From: a virus
Lineage: Duplodnaviria > Caudoviricetes
IMG/VR virus record: IMGVR_UViG_3300036826_000033
Coordinates: 1-55,389 of that record
Length of the DNA: 55,389 bases
Direction: 5' to 3' (one strand)
Positions 1 to 7,386 of the stretch are shown here, one piece after another (position 1 is the first letter of the stretch; the number at the start of each line of letters is the position of its first letter). Below the pieces are notes generated by a model. That model was given only the letters and a program-made list of their open reading frames with translations. It did not search any database and was not told the DNA's origin. Position numbers and translations under genes: made by a program.

Positions 1-127
1 TGGGACAACACCAGCAGTCGCGGCAGGGCTTGAGGAAAAGCCGTGGAGTTTAGAACAGGTCGTGGAAATGACACAGACCTATTGGGAGAAGAAACGATCA
101 CTGGCAATCTGAATCGGAGGCAACACC
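1..127 (+). mobile_element. Right end of an IS1-family insertion sequence (transposase 3' end plus right inverted repeat)
   Basis: 112-127 AATCGGAGGCAACACC is the exact reverse complement of 55308-55323 GGTGTTGCCTCCGATT; IS1-type ends start with GGT; followed by an 8-bp target duplication. Confidence 0.88.
2..112 (+). CDS. IS1-like DDE transposase, C-terminal fragment (truncated by window start)
   Basis: Frame from nt 2 reads GTTPAVAAGLEEKPWSLEQVVEMTQTYWEKKRSLAI*, matching the TPAxAAG...WS C-terminal motif of IS1-like transposases; stop codon abuts the inverted repeat. Confidence 0.8.
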   Translation, partial: GTTPAVAAGLEEKPWSLEQVVEMTQTYWEKKRSLAI

Positions 128-570
128 GCAAACAGACACAACAACTGGAGCTGCTGATTGACGCAGCAATTCAGTCGAAGACACGCACGCCAGAAGAGCT
201 GCTCGCATACGTGATTGACCTCTACGGCAAAGAGTTCATCAAAGCGAACGACGAGATCGCGCGACTGCGCTCAGCGAACGATGAGCTGTTCAAGATCAAG
301 CAGAAAGTCGTGATCGCGAATCGCGAGCTGATCGGCAAGAACAAGACGATGTTCGATCACGTCATCTTGATCGTCAAAGCTGAGATCGACAACTGCGACC
401 ACCCGCAATGCGTCGAGGATCGCGCTAGAACGGGTTTCTCGCAGTGCGCTGGTGGTCACATCGCTCGCAGACTCTGCGCACGCCTTGACGACATACGCAA
501 AGAGATCGAGCAGCTGAGAGCACCGCCCGATGAAAATCTGGGTCGAGACAAGACTCGTCGAACCGCCTGA
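43..570 (+). pseudogene. Hypothetical phage protein interrupted by the IS (native start at 55296, MSKQ|TQQLELL...)
   Basis: Removing the IS and one duplication joins ATG AGC AAA CAG (55296-55307) in frame to 136-570; codons from 43 to 127 lie inside the IS. Confidence 0.7.
128..135. repeat. Target-site duplication GCAAACAG (right copy)
   Basis: Identical to 55300-55307; each copy directly flanks an inverted repeat. Confidence 0.9.
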
Positions 571-808
571 GCACACGATCAGCGGCCGCTTCGGTGGCAG
601 CGTGATGTTCGTCGGTTATTTCAAAGCGCTCAACGAATGGCGCTGGCTGCAGCCCGGCGGGATTGAAGAAAAGATCGCAGAACCCGAAGCGATCTTTCTC
701 GATGAAGACTATGTGAAAAAGCACATGCTGAAGACGCCCAGACCGGCACGCGAAAAACCGCAACACATTCACCGCAAACGATCTTCGCAGCTGCTGCTCG
801 ATGTGTGA
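530..808 (+). CDS. Hypothetical protein
   Basis: 92-aa ORF coupled to the upstream gene; typical codon usage; AT-rich gap follows. Confidence 0.7.
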   Translation: MKIWVETRLVEPPEHTISGRFGGSVMFVGYFKALNEWRWLQPGGIEEKIAEPEAIFLDEDYVKKHMLKTPRPAREKPQHIHRKRSSQLLLDV

Positions 809-1014
809 ATAAAATGTGAAAATCTTTTTGTGCGCCAAGAGAAAAATTTTCTTGCTGCCGCGCAGCTGACGTCTCACTTTCAAACGATCACATGTTCAGC
901 ACATCGCAATCTTCCACTCTGCGGTCGAGCGCTGGCGCGATCTCTCTGGTCACGTCAGGGCTGAACCGCTTGGCCGCAGAGTCGAGGGGTGCATCGCACG
1001 CCTGAACTGTCTCT

Positions 1015-2724
1015 GTGTCGATCAGCGACAATGACTTCAAAGCGCGCTTCGCCGCGTCGAAAAAGCGACTCACAGAACCAAGTCAGAATCACAGCACAGA
1101 AACGTCAGAAGAAATTGGTGACACGGCGGTCCCGTCTAGTCCGCAAATCGTTGAACCTCAGATCACGCCACCCACGAGTTGGAGCGGAGCGAAGCCACGC
1201 AAACGGGGACAAAAACAAGCTGCGGCGCCGGTTGATATTCACAGCACAGCTCCGCACTCAGTTGAAGCAGAGCAGGGTGTCATCAGCTCGATCATGCGCG
1301 ACGGGCAGCGCGGCAAGACTGACGTGCTTGAGCAAGTGCGACAGCGCATCAACGAGAATTTTTTCTACGTCCCAGCGCACAAGACGATCTACGAGATGCT
1401 CGTGTCGCTCGCAGCTGCAAACAAGCCACTCGATCTGATCAGCTTCACTGAATTTCTGCACAAGAAAGACGTGCTCAAAGCCGTCGGTGGCGCCGCTTAT
1501 GTGACTGAGCTGCACAGCTACATTGACAAGCTGACGAATTTCGTGCCAACTGCAGCGAACATCGACTACTACATCGGCATCGTTGTCGAAAAATTTGCGC
1601 GCAGAGAGATCATCGCTGACGCGACTCGACTTGTGCGCGGCGCCTACGGTGACGACGCTGAAGAGTTCGCTGTGCGTGTGCAGCGTCTGACAAATCGCAT
1701 CTCGCACATCGGCGCTGCAGCGAACGGAGCTTTCCCAGCGCTTCGCGACACAGCTGAGTTCTTCTCAACTGACGACCCGCCGATGCCGTCACAAGTGATC
1801 TACAGTGTGCTGCATCGCGGCAGCAAGATGTTGCTCGGCGGCAATTCAAAGGGTCGAAAGACGTGGGCGCTTCTCGATCTCGCGATCTCGGTCGCGTGCG
1901 GCGTTGATTGGTGGGGATTCCACACGCACAAAGGCGCTGTCTGCTATCTCAACTTGGAGCTGCAGGACGCGTTCTTTCGCTGGCGCGCAAAGACTGTCTG
2001 TCAGACGAAGAACGTGCAGCCAGAACCCGGGATGCTGTTCGCTTGGAATCTGCGCGGGCACGCGAAACCGATGCAGCAGCTCGTCAACGAATTGATCGGC
2101 AATTTGAAGCAGCATCACTTCGCGCTGATCATCATCGACCCGATCTACAAGACGCTGCCTGCTTTCAGAGGCAGCGAGAATGACAGCGCGATGATCACTG
2201 CGCTGCTCAACGAGGTCGAATCGATCGCTGTCGAGACGGGTGCGGCTGTGCTGTTCTGCTCGCACTTCAGCAAAGGCGAGCAAGCTGACAAAGAATCGAT
2301 GGACAGAATCAGCGGCAGCGGCGCGTGGGCGCGCGACCCAGACAGCTTGCTGACAATGACGGCGCACGAAGAGAACGAATGCTACACAGTCGAAGGCACG
2401 CTGCGCAACATGTCGCCAATTTTTCCGTTCGTCGTGAAGTGGGACTTTCCGCTCTTTATTCGGCAAGAGGAGTTGTCGCCAGATCGATTGCGGCGACGTG
2501 GCCCCAAAGGCAAGTCGCCTGATCTGTTGTTCGAAGTGCTCAGCGAGTTCAACGGCATGGAGCCAAAAGACGTCGTCAAAGCGATGAAAGATCAGCACGA
2601 CATCACGCGCGCGACCGTCTATCGAATGAAAGATGTGCTCGCTGAGCGTGGTCAATTCAAGATCGAAGAGGGTTTGTGGTTCAAAGTGAAACCTGAGACA
2701 AAACAAGAAACGAGTTCTGAATGA
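1015..2724 (+). CDS. Replicative helicase: DnaB N-terminal domain fused to AAA_25/RepA-like RecA-fold ATPase
   Basis: DnaB-N motifs PHSVEAEQGVI, FYVPAHKTIY, VGGAAYVTEL, VPTAANIDYY; Walker A-like GGNSKGRKT; Walker B LIIIDP; SHFSKG and RISGSGAW. Confidence 0.85.
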   Translation: MSISDNDFKARFAASKKRLTEPSQNHSTETSEEIGDTAVPSSPQIVEPQITPPTSWSGAKPRKRGQKQAAAPVDIHSTAPHSVEAEQGVISSIMRDGQRGKTDVLEQVRQRINENFFYVPAHKTIYEMLVSLAAANKPLDLISFTEFLHKKDVLKAVGGAAYVTELHSYIDKLTNFVPTAANIDYYIGIVVEKFARREIIADATRLVRGAYGDDAEEFAVRVQRLTNRISHIGAAANGAFPALRDTAEFFSTDDPPMPSQVIYSVLHRGSKMLLGGNSKGRKTWALLDLAISVACGVDWWGFHTHKGAVCYLNLELQDAFFRWRAKTVCQTKNVQPEPGMLFAWNLRGHAKPMQQLVNELIGNLKQHHFALIIIDPIYKTLPAFRGSENDSAMITALLNEVESIAVETGAAVLFCSHFSKGEQADKESMDRISGSGAWARDPDSLLTMTAHEENECYTVEGTLRNMSPIFPFVVKWDFPLFIRQEELSPDRLRRRGPKGKSPDLLFEVLSEFNGMEPKDVVKAMKDQHDITRATVYRMKDVLAERGQFKIEEGLWFKVKPETKQETSSE

Positions 2725-2960
2725 CTTACACGATTCCAGTCGTCACTGTCTCATATTACTGCGACGAACAATGTGAGACAGTGCTGAAAATCGAGCTGTC
2801 TCAATTTGTTTTCGACCGTCTCAGATTCTTTCTTGAGACGCGCTTGAACGCTGTCTCATGTTCACACACGCCTCCGGCGTGTTTGTGTGTGAGGACACAC
2901 CCAGAACATCGAGACAGCACGTCAAAGCGCTCCTCAAAATGAGACAAAGAACTTGAGACA
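2694..2960. repeat. Iteron-like cluster (TGAGACA/TGTCTCA), putative replication origin
   Basis: Ten exact or 1-mismatch copies in both orientations at 2694, 2747, 2774, 2797, 2817, 2834, 2852, 2910, 2940, 2954, plus a hairpin near 2862-2892, directly after the helicase. Confidence 0.7.
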
Positions 2961-2961
2961 G

Positions 2962-3915
2962 ATGAACGTGCTGCTCTTTCAGCTCGACGGTAAAATCCCG
3001 AACATTGCGCTGATGCGACTTGCAGCTCATCATCGCGCGCTCGGGCACGAGATCACGTTCAGATGGACGGGTTCACCGCGCCGCGAATTGTGGGACGCGC
3101 CCGATGTTGTCTACGCGAGCGCGATCTTTGAAAAGACGAAAGAGCACACATGGCCGCAGCTGCTCGACGAGTTCCCGGGCGCGATCACTGGCGGCACCGG
3201 TATTGATCTCAAGCTCACGCTCGAAGACATCGGCATCACGACGCTCGCACAGGACTATTCGATCTATCCGAAATGGCGGCAGTCAATCGGCTTCACACAG
3301 CGCGGCTGTCGTCTCAAGTGCCCGTTCTGCGTGGTACCGCGCAAAGAGGGCGCGATTCGCGAAGAGCTGACGATTGCGCAGCTGTGGCGTGGCGACCCGT
3401 GGCCGCGCGAGCTGATCTTGCTCGACAACGATTTCTTTGGGCAACCGCACTGGCGCGAGCGCATCGAAGAGATCAAAGCTGGCAAATTCAAAGTCAGTTT
3501 CAATCAAGGCATCAACGCGCGTTTTCTGACTGACGAAGCAGCTGAAGCAATCGCGAGCGTCGACTACCGCGACGACTCGATGAAAGTGAAGCGCATCTAC
3601 ACGGCATGGGACAATCGTCGTGACGAACAGCGACTCTTTGCCGGGCTGCAGCGTCTTGTGAACTATGGCGTCAATCCCGACGCGATCATGGTCTACATGC
3701 TGATCGGCTACTGGCCAAACGAAACGAGCGAAGACCGGCTCTACCGTCAAGCAAAGCTGCGCGAGTTCGGCTGTCGACCGTATCCGATGCCGTTTGTGCG
3801 CACGAAAGAGCTGGTTGGTTTTCAGCGCTGGGTCATCGGCGCCTACGACAAGCGCGTCAGTTGGTCTGACTTTGTCGCTGCTGACTACGAGCCGCGGCAT
3901 CTCGAACTCGTGTGA
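2962..3915 (+). CDS. Radical SAM protein with degenerate B12-binding-like N-terminus
   Basis: TQRGCRLKCPFC (CxxxCxxC), LLDNDFF, FNQGINAR; N-terminal PNIALMRLAAHHRALGHEI. Confidence 0.88.
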   Translation: MNVLLFQLDGKIPNIALMRLAAHHRALGHEITFRWTGSPRRELWDAPDVVYASAIFEKTKEHTWPQLLDEFPGAITGGTGIDLKLTLEDIGITTLAQDYSIYPKWRQSIGFTQRGCRLKCPFCVVPRKEGAIREELTIAQLWRGDPWPRELILLDNDFFGQPHWRERIEEIKAGKFKVSFNQGINARFLTDEAAEAIASVDYRDDSMKVKRIYTAWDNRRDEQRLFAGLQRLVNYGVNPDAIMVYMLIGYWPNETSEDRLYRQAKLREFGCRPYPMPFVRTKELVGFQRWVIGAYDKRVSWSDFVAADYEPRHLELV

Positions 3916-4166
3916 AACGTCGCTGCACATACTGCGGCGACCCGTTCGAAGCGCGCACTGCTGCGAAGTTCTGCAGTGACGAGTGCAGACTGTGGGCGCG
4001 CGCCGGCGTCAGCTTCGAAGAGTGCGACATCTGTGCGAACTGCGGGCACAAGCGCGGCTCGCACTTCAACGGGCGCGGCAAGTGCTGGCAGTTCATCGAT
4101 GTGACGACAGCGCCGCTTGGCAGGATTTGCGAATGCCCGCGCTTCCGCTACAAAAGGGCAACATGA
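3912..4166 (+). CDS. Cys-rich zinc-binding protein
   Basis: CTYC, CSDEC, CANCGH...H and CEC motifs; GTGA overlap with upstream gene. Confidence 0.7.
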   Translation: MKRRCTYCGDPFEARTAAKFCSDECRLWARAGVSFEECDICANCGHKRGSHFNGRGKCWQFIDVTTAPLGRICECPRFRYKRAT

Positions 4167-4257
4167 GAAACAGATCGCCAGCATTTCAGGCAGCGGTGAT
4201 GGTCGCGCTCGTTGTCATCGTCGGCTTCATCGTGCTGATTTGGTGGCTGCTCGAACC

Positions 4258-4461
4258 ATGAGTGCGAGCGACGGTTTGATTCTGTTCATTTCGTGCGCGC
4301 TGAGTTTCACGCTCGGCTATGTGATCGGCTGCGTGCGCGTGTGCCGCTTCGTCAGCGCGCAGCTCGATCAGGTGAAAGAGCACATGACGAACATCGCAGA
4401 GCACGCGCGCGAGATTCGATTGATCTACTCGAAGCTCGGCGGCGAGAACGATAAAACATGA
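4258..4461 (+). CDS. Small membrane protein
   Basis: Hydrophobic N-terminus followed by coiled coil; ATGA overlaps. Confidence 0.55.
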   Translation: MSASDGLILFISCALSFTLGYVIGCVRVCRFVSAQLDQVKEHMTNIAEHAREIRLIYSKLGGENDKT

Positions 4462-4667
4462 AAGTGCTGCTGCGACAAGATTGCTTTGGTCGTTGGATTG
4501 TCGTTCATGCGATCAATCAAGACATGGCATGGAGTGGGTCGCGCTGGGTCGAGATCGACGAAGCAAACGGCCTGCCAGCTGCTGACGTGCAAGTCTCGAA
4601 CTGTCCGACACGCGACGCTGCTGTGCTTTACTGCGAAGAGTTCGAGTTTGAGGTGATCGTTGAATGA
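4458..4667 (+). CDS. Hypothetical protein
   Basis: 69-aa ORF with ATGA overlap. Confidence 0.6.
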   Translation: MKVLLRQDCFGRWIVVHAINQDMAWSGSRWVEIDEANGLPAADVQVSNCPTRDAAVLYCEEFEFEVIVE

Positions 4668-4861
4668 CTGCCACGACATTGCTCTGCATCATCGCGCTGA
4701 TCGCGGTCGCGGTTTTTGAGATTGCAAAGCGACGTCGAAAATGATATTCGCTGCGCACGATGCGCGGTCGCGTCGCTCGAAAAGCGCTGAGTTAAGGCAG
4801 TGAACTTCCCGCACGGAATAGAGCGGCGCGACTATTTTTTCACTTGTAGAAAAATTCTCGC

Positions 4862-4895
4862 TTGACGATTGTGCGCTGTGTCGTTAAGCGTTCGA
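4862..4895 (+). promoter_or_regulatory. Putative sigma70-like promoter for the Pro-rich gene
   Basis: TTGACG preceded by A/T tracts, about 90 nt upstream of ATG 4952; -10 box not clean. Confidence 0.4.
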
Positions 4896-4951
4896 GAGAA
4901 AAAAGTTCAGCAATCAGTTCAACAACCAAACTCAACAGAAAGGCACACACT

Positions 4952-5272
4952 ATGGCAGCGATACCAGTCACAATCAGAGGCGTGATTCTCACGAAGTCAC
5001 CAAAAGGTGGCGAAGTTAGCGGCAGCGGTCAGCAAGAGTGCATCATCAACGGTCTGCTCAACATTGCAGGACTCGTCGTCGGCGGCGGCCCCATCATCAA
5101 TCCCGAACCGCCGGGACCAGACCCGGGACCAATCGAGCCGCCAGAAACAACTCCGCCCGTCGATTGGATTAAGCCACCGCCAAGTTCAGGCAGTGGCTGG
5201 GGATACAGCGAAGACACGGGCTGGGTCTTTGTCTACAATCCCGGCTCAACAAGTCCGGGGCCGAAAAGATAA
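4952..5272 (+). CDS. Pro/Gly-rich hypothetical protein
   Basis: AGAAAGG RBS then ATG; GGGPIINPEPPGPDPGP...WGYS. Confidence 0.75.
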   Translation: MAAIPVTIRGVILTKSPKGGEVSGSGQQECIINGLLNIAGLVVGGGPIINPEPPGPDPGPIEPPETTPPVDWIKPPPSSGSGWGYSEDTGWVFVYNPGSTSPGPKR

Positions 5273-5285
5273 ACCCTTCAACGAC

Positions 5286-5330
5286 GCGCGCGCCGTGTTC
5301 GCTTGGAGCTTGCGCGGCGCGCGTCTCTTC
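5286..5330 (+). terminator. Putative intrinsic terminator
   Basis: GC-rich stem GCGCGCCG...CGGCGCGC followed by a weak TCTCTTC tail. Confidence 0.45.
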
Positions 5331-5336
5331 ACATAC

Positions 5337-5486
5337 ATGAACGATCTCGTGCAACAGCACAGACAGCTGCAGCGGCAGCACGCGCGCGATCTCGCGTTCG
5401 CGTTCAGTCTCGTGATCATTGCGCTGGCTTGCTTCGGCAGCGGTATCGGCTGGGTCATCTGGCACGCGCTTTTTCACGCGCACTGA
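5337..5486 (+). CDS. Small membrane protein
   Basis: One hydrophobic segment. Confidence 0.5.
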   Translation: MNDLVQQHRQLQRQHARDLAFAFSLVIIALACFGSGIGWVIWHALFHAH

Positions 5487-5489
5487 TCG

Positions 5490-5678
5490 ATGCCAATCTT
5501 CGAGCTGTTCGACAACTACAAAGCGCGACGTGATCGACGTCGAGAGATCGAGCGTCAGCTCATCGCAAAAGGGCTGAACCCACGCAGTCTGAAGTTCTCA
5601 GAAGTGCTCTACCGCAAGCTCAGAGCGCGCAGACGTCGTCGCTCGTGTTCCGGGTGGGTCAAGACAGCGCTCGCTTGA
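5490..5678 (+). CDS. Small basic hypothetical protein
   Basis: Arg/Lys-rich 62-aa ORF; last gene of the rightward arm. Confidence 0.5.
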   Translation: MPIFELFDNYKARRDRRREIERQLIAKGLNPRSLKFSEVLYRKLRARRRRRSCSGWVKTALA

Positions 5679-5690
5679 TTCCGAGCATTC

Positions 5691-5987
5691 CTACGGGCTC
5701 CTAGAGCGTCGAATTGCAGCGAATTTGATGATTCCAGCTCGAATCAGCTGATCTGCGCAGCTCCAGTGGAATCTCGCGACGTCGACAGAACCGCGTCCTG
5801 AGCGTTCTGGGTGCTCACGAAAGAGCATCAGCGGCACTTCATCTTCGTCGATCGTCTTCAGGCACTTCGAGCAGATGTCGTCGCCGACGATCTCGTTGTC
5901 GTCGTCGGTGAACCAAGTGAACGCGCTCACAGCTTTCGGTAGTGAACAGCGCGCGATTCGTCGACGATCAGCTTCAACGTGTCCCAC
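5691..5987 (-). CDS. Hypothetical protein (CxxC...HxxC); start uncertain
   Basis: ICSKC and FHWSC motifs. Confidence 0.55.
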   Translation of the reverse strand: MGHVEADRRRIARCSLPKAVSAFTWFTDDDNEIVGDDICSKCLKTIDEDEVPLMLFREHPERSGRGSVDVARFHWSCADQLIRAGIIKFAAIRRSRSP

Positions 5988-6139
5988 GCTTTATCGCTCA
6001 GCGTGATCATCAGACTGAGATTGCGGCACATGATGCTGCCGATGATGTCATGATCTTGTTCGCTGATCTCGCGCTTGCTCGCAAGTTCGCGCAGCAGCGT
6101 GATGTGTTTGTTTGTTGTCAGCTCGACGTCGCGATTCAT
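5927..6139 (-). CDS. Hypothetical protein
   Basis: ATGA-coupled to the upstream gene. Confidence 0.55.
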   Translation of the reverse strand: MNRDVELTTNKHITLLRELASKREISEQDHDIIGSIMCRNLSLMITLSDKAWDTLKLIVDESRAVHYRKL

Positions 6140-6390
6140 TGTGTCTCGTGATGGTTCTCGCGCCCGTAGTGATCATCAGAGCACTGCTCGCAGAACCAAA
6201 GCCCGCAGTGCCAGCAGCGAAACATCAGTTCGATTGCGCGGGCGCGACCGCACACGCACTCGATGACTGCTGCGTGCGGATGCTGCGCTTGCTCCCACTG
6301 CTTTTTCAGCAGCGACGATTCGTGACGATAGGCGGCTTCCCTGCCGGTTGCGCGCCCGATGTAGTGTTCAATCTTTCCACTGTTTGCCAT
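6136..6390 (-). CDS. Zinc-finger-like hypothetical protein
   Basis: CVC, CWHC, CEQC...H. Confidence 0.6.
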   Translation of the reverse strand: MANSGKIEHYIGRATGREAAYRHESSLLKKQWEQAQHPHAAVIECVCGRARAIELMFRCWHCGLWFCEQCSDDHYGRENHHETQ

Positions 6391-6523
6391 GTTGTTTCTC
6401 TTTCAGCTGCGAGAGTGTGCTGGCGGCCGGAGATCGTTGAAAACGAGATCGAGTGTTCAATGAAGCGTGAATCGACAGCGCTCGTCCGTGGCTCTCCCAC
6501 GACTCTATTTCTCGGTCTCGTTT

Positions 6524-6739
6524 TCAAAGATCATCGTCAGCAAAGATCACTCCCTTGATGCGCAGCTCAGCCTGCAGCTTCGTTCTGCGCGCTCGCAATT
6601 TCTTCACGTAGCGCGGGTCTGTGCCCTTTTGCTCCCATGCTTTCAATAGCCCGCTCGTCATCTCGAACTTGTCGAGTGTGCGCTCGACGCTCGTGCGCGA
6701 GCGTTTTCGTTCACTATTGGAATCTCGTGTCGCATTCAT
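6524..6739 (-). CDS. Hypothetical protein
   Basis: 71-aa ORF within a chain of overlapping genes. Confidence 0.5.
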   Translation of the reverse strand: MNATRDSNSERKRSRTSVERTLDKFEMTSGLLKAWEQKGTDPRYVKKLRARRTKLQAELRIKGVIFADDDL

Positions 6740-6859
6740 TGTTCATGTAGACGCGCGGCGCGTTGTAGTGCGCGATGTAGTCAGCGAGCGATTGCATGTG
6801 CATCTGCAGACGCCTGCGGCGTCGTCGCTGAATGAAGCGCATGATGATGTCGAGAAAGT

Positions 6860-7060
6860 TCATGGCAGCTTCGCGACTGAGATCGCGAACATGACGACGA
6901 ACGCTGCCAGTAATGTCGCGCACAGCAATGCGACCCTGCGCCAGCGCTCGCGCGAGTTCAAGAGCTTTCCGATGCGATCTGCAATCCAGAGCTGCAGCTG
7001 CTCGTCATCAGTCTCCCATGCAATCTCTGCTTCGAGCTGTTCTTTTTGTTTGATGTTCAT
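6860..7060 (-). CDS. Small membrane protein
   Basis: C-terminal hydrophobic helix; ATGA overlaps. Confidence 0.55.
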   Translation of the reverse strand: MNIKQKEQLEAEIAWETDDEQLQLWIADRIGKLLNSRERWRRVALLCATLLAAFVVMFAISVAKLP

Positions 7061-7386
7061 GTTTCGTCTTTCTTCAATGCGTCGCGATAAGCGGCGCGAC
7101 GTTCGAGCCAGCGTTCCATCTGCACTTTGCATTCAACACCGCTGCCAAAAAAGTATCGTGGGAAACCGTCAGCTCCGTCGAGATCGCTGTTGTGGCCTTC
7201 GACATGAATCAGCCAGTCGCCGCGGTCGCAGTAAGACGGGCGCGGCGTCAAGTGAATCTCATACTCACCGACGCCGCGCTGCGTCAAAATTTTCACGGTC
7301 AGCTCCCACTCAGCGAACTCGTTGAAGCGCCAATCGAGCTTCGTGTCACGCTTCGCGAGCGGAGCTTTGCCGTGAACGTCAATCAT
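7057..7386 (-). CDS. Hypothetical protein
   Basis: 109 aa, coupled to the GHKL gene; LTPRPSYCDRG...DGFPRYFF. Confidence 0.7.
   Translation of the reverse strand: MIDVHGKAPLAKRDTKLDWRFNEFAEWELTVKILTQRGVGEYEIHLTPRPSYCDRGDWLIHVEGHNSDLDGADGFPRYFFGSGVECKVQMERWLERRAAYRDALKKDET

Noticed and set aside
43-135. N-terminal 31 aa of ORF 43..570 as a native phage sequence
   Set aside because: It lies inside the IS end and duplication; the native start is ATG 55296
2721-2942. 73-aa ORF after the helicase
   Set aside because: It coincides with the repeat cluster and hairpin; more likely non-coding origin DNA
2694-2960. Mini-CRISPR array
   Set aside because: Repeats are only 7 bp, mixed in orientation and irregularly spaced; no cas operon
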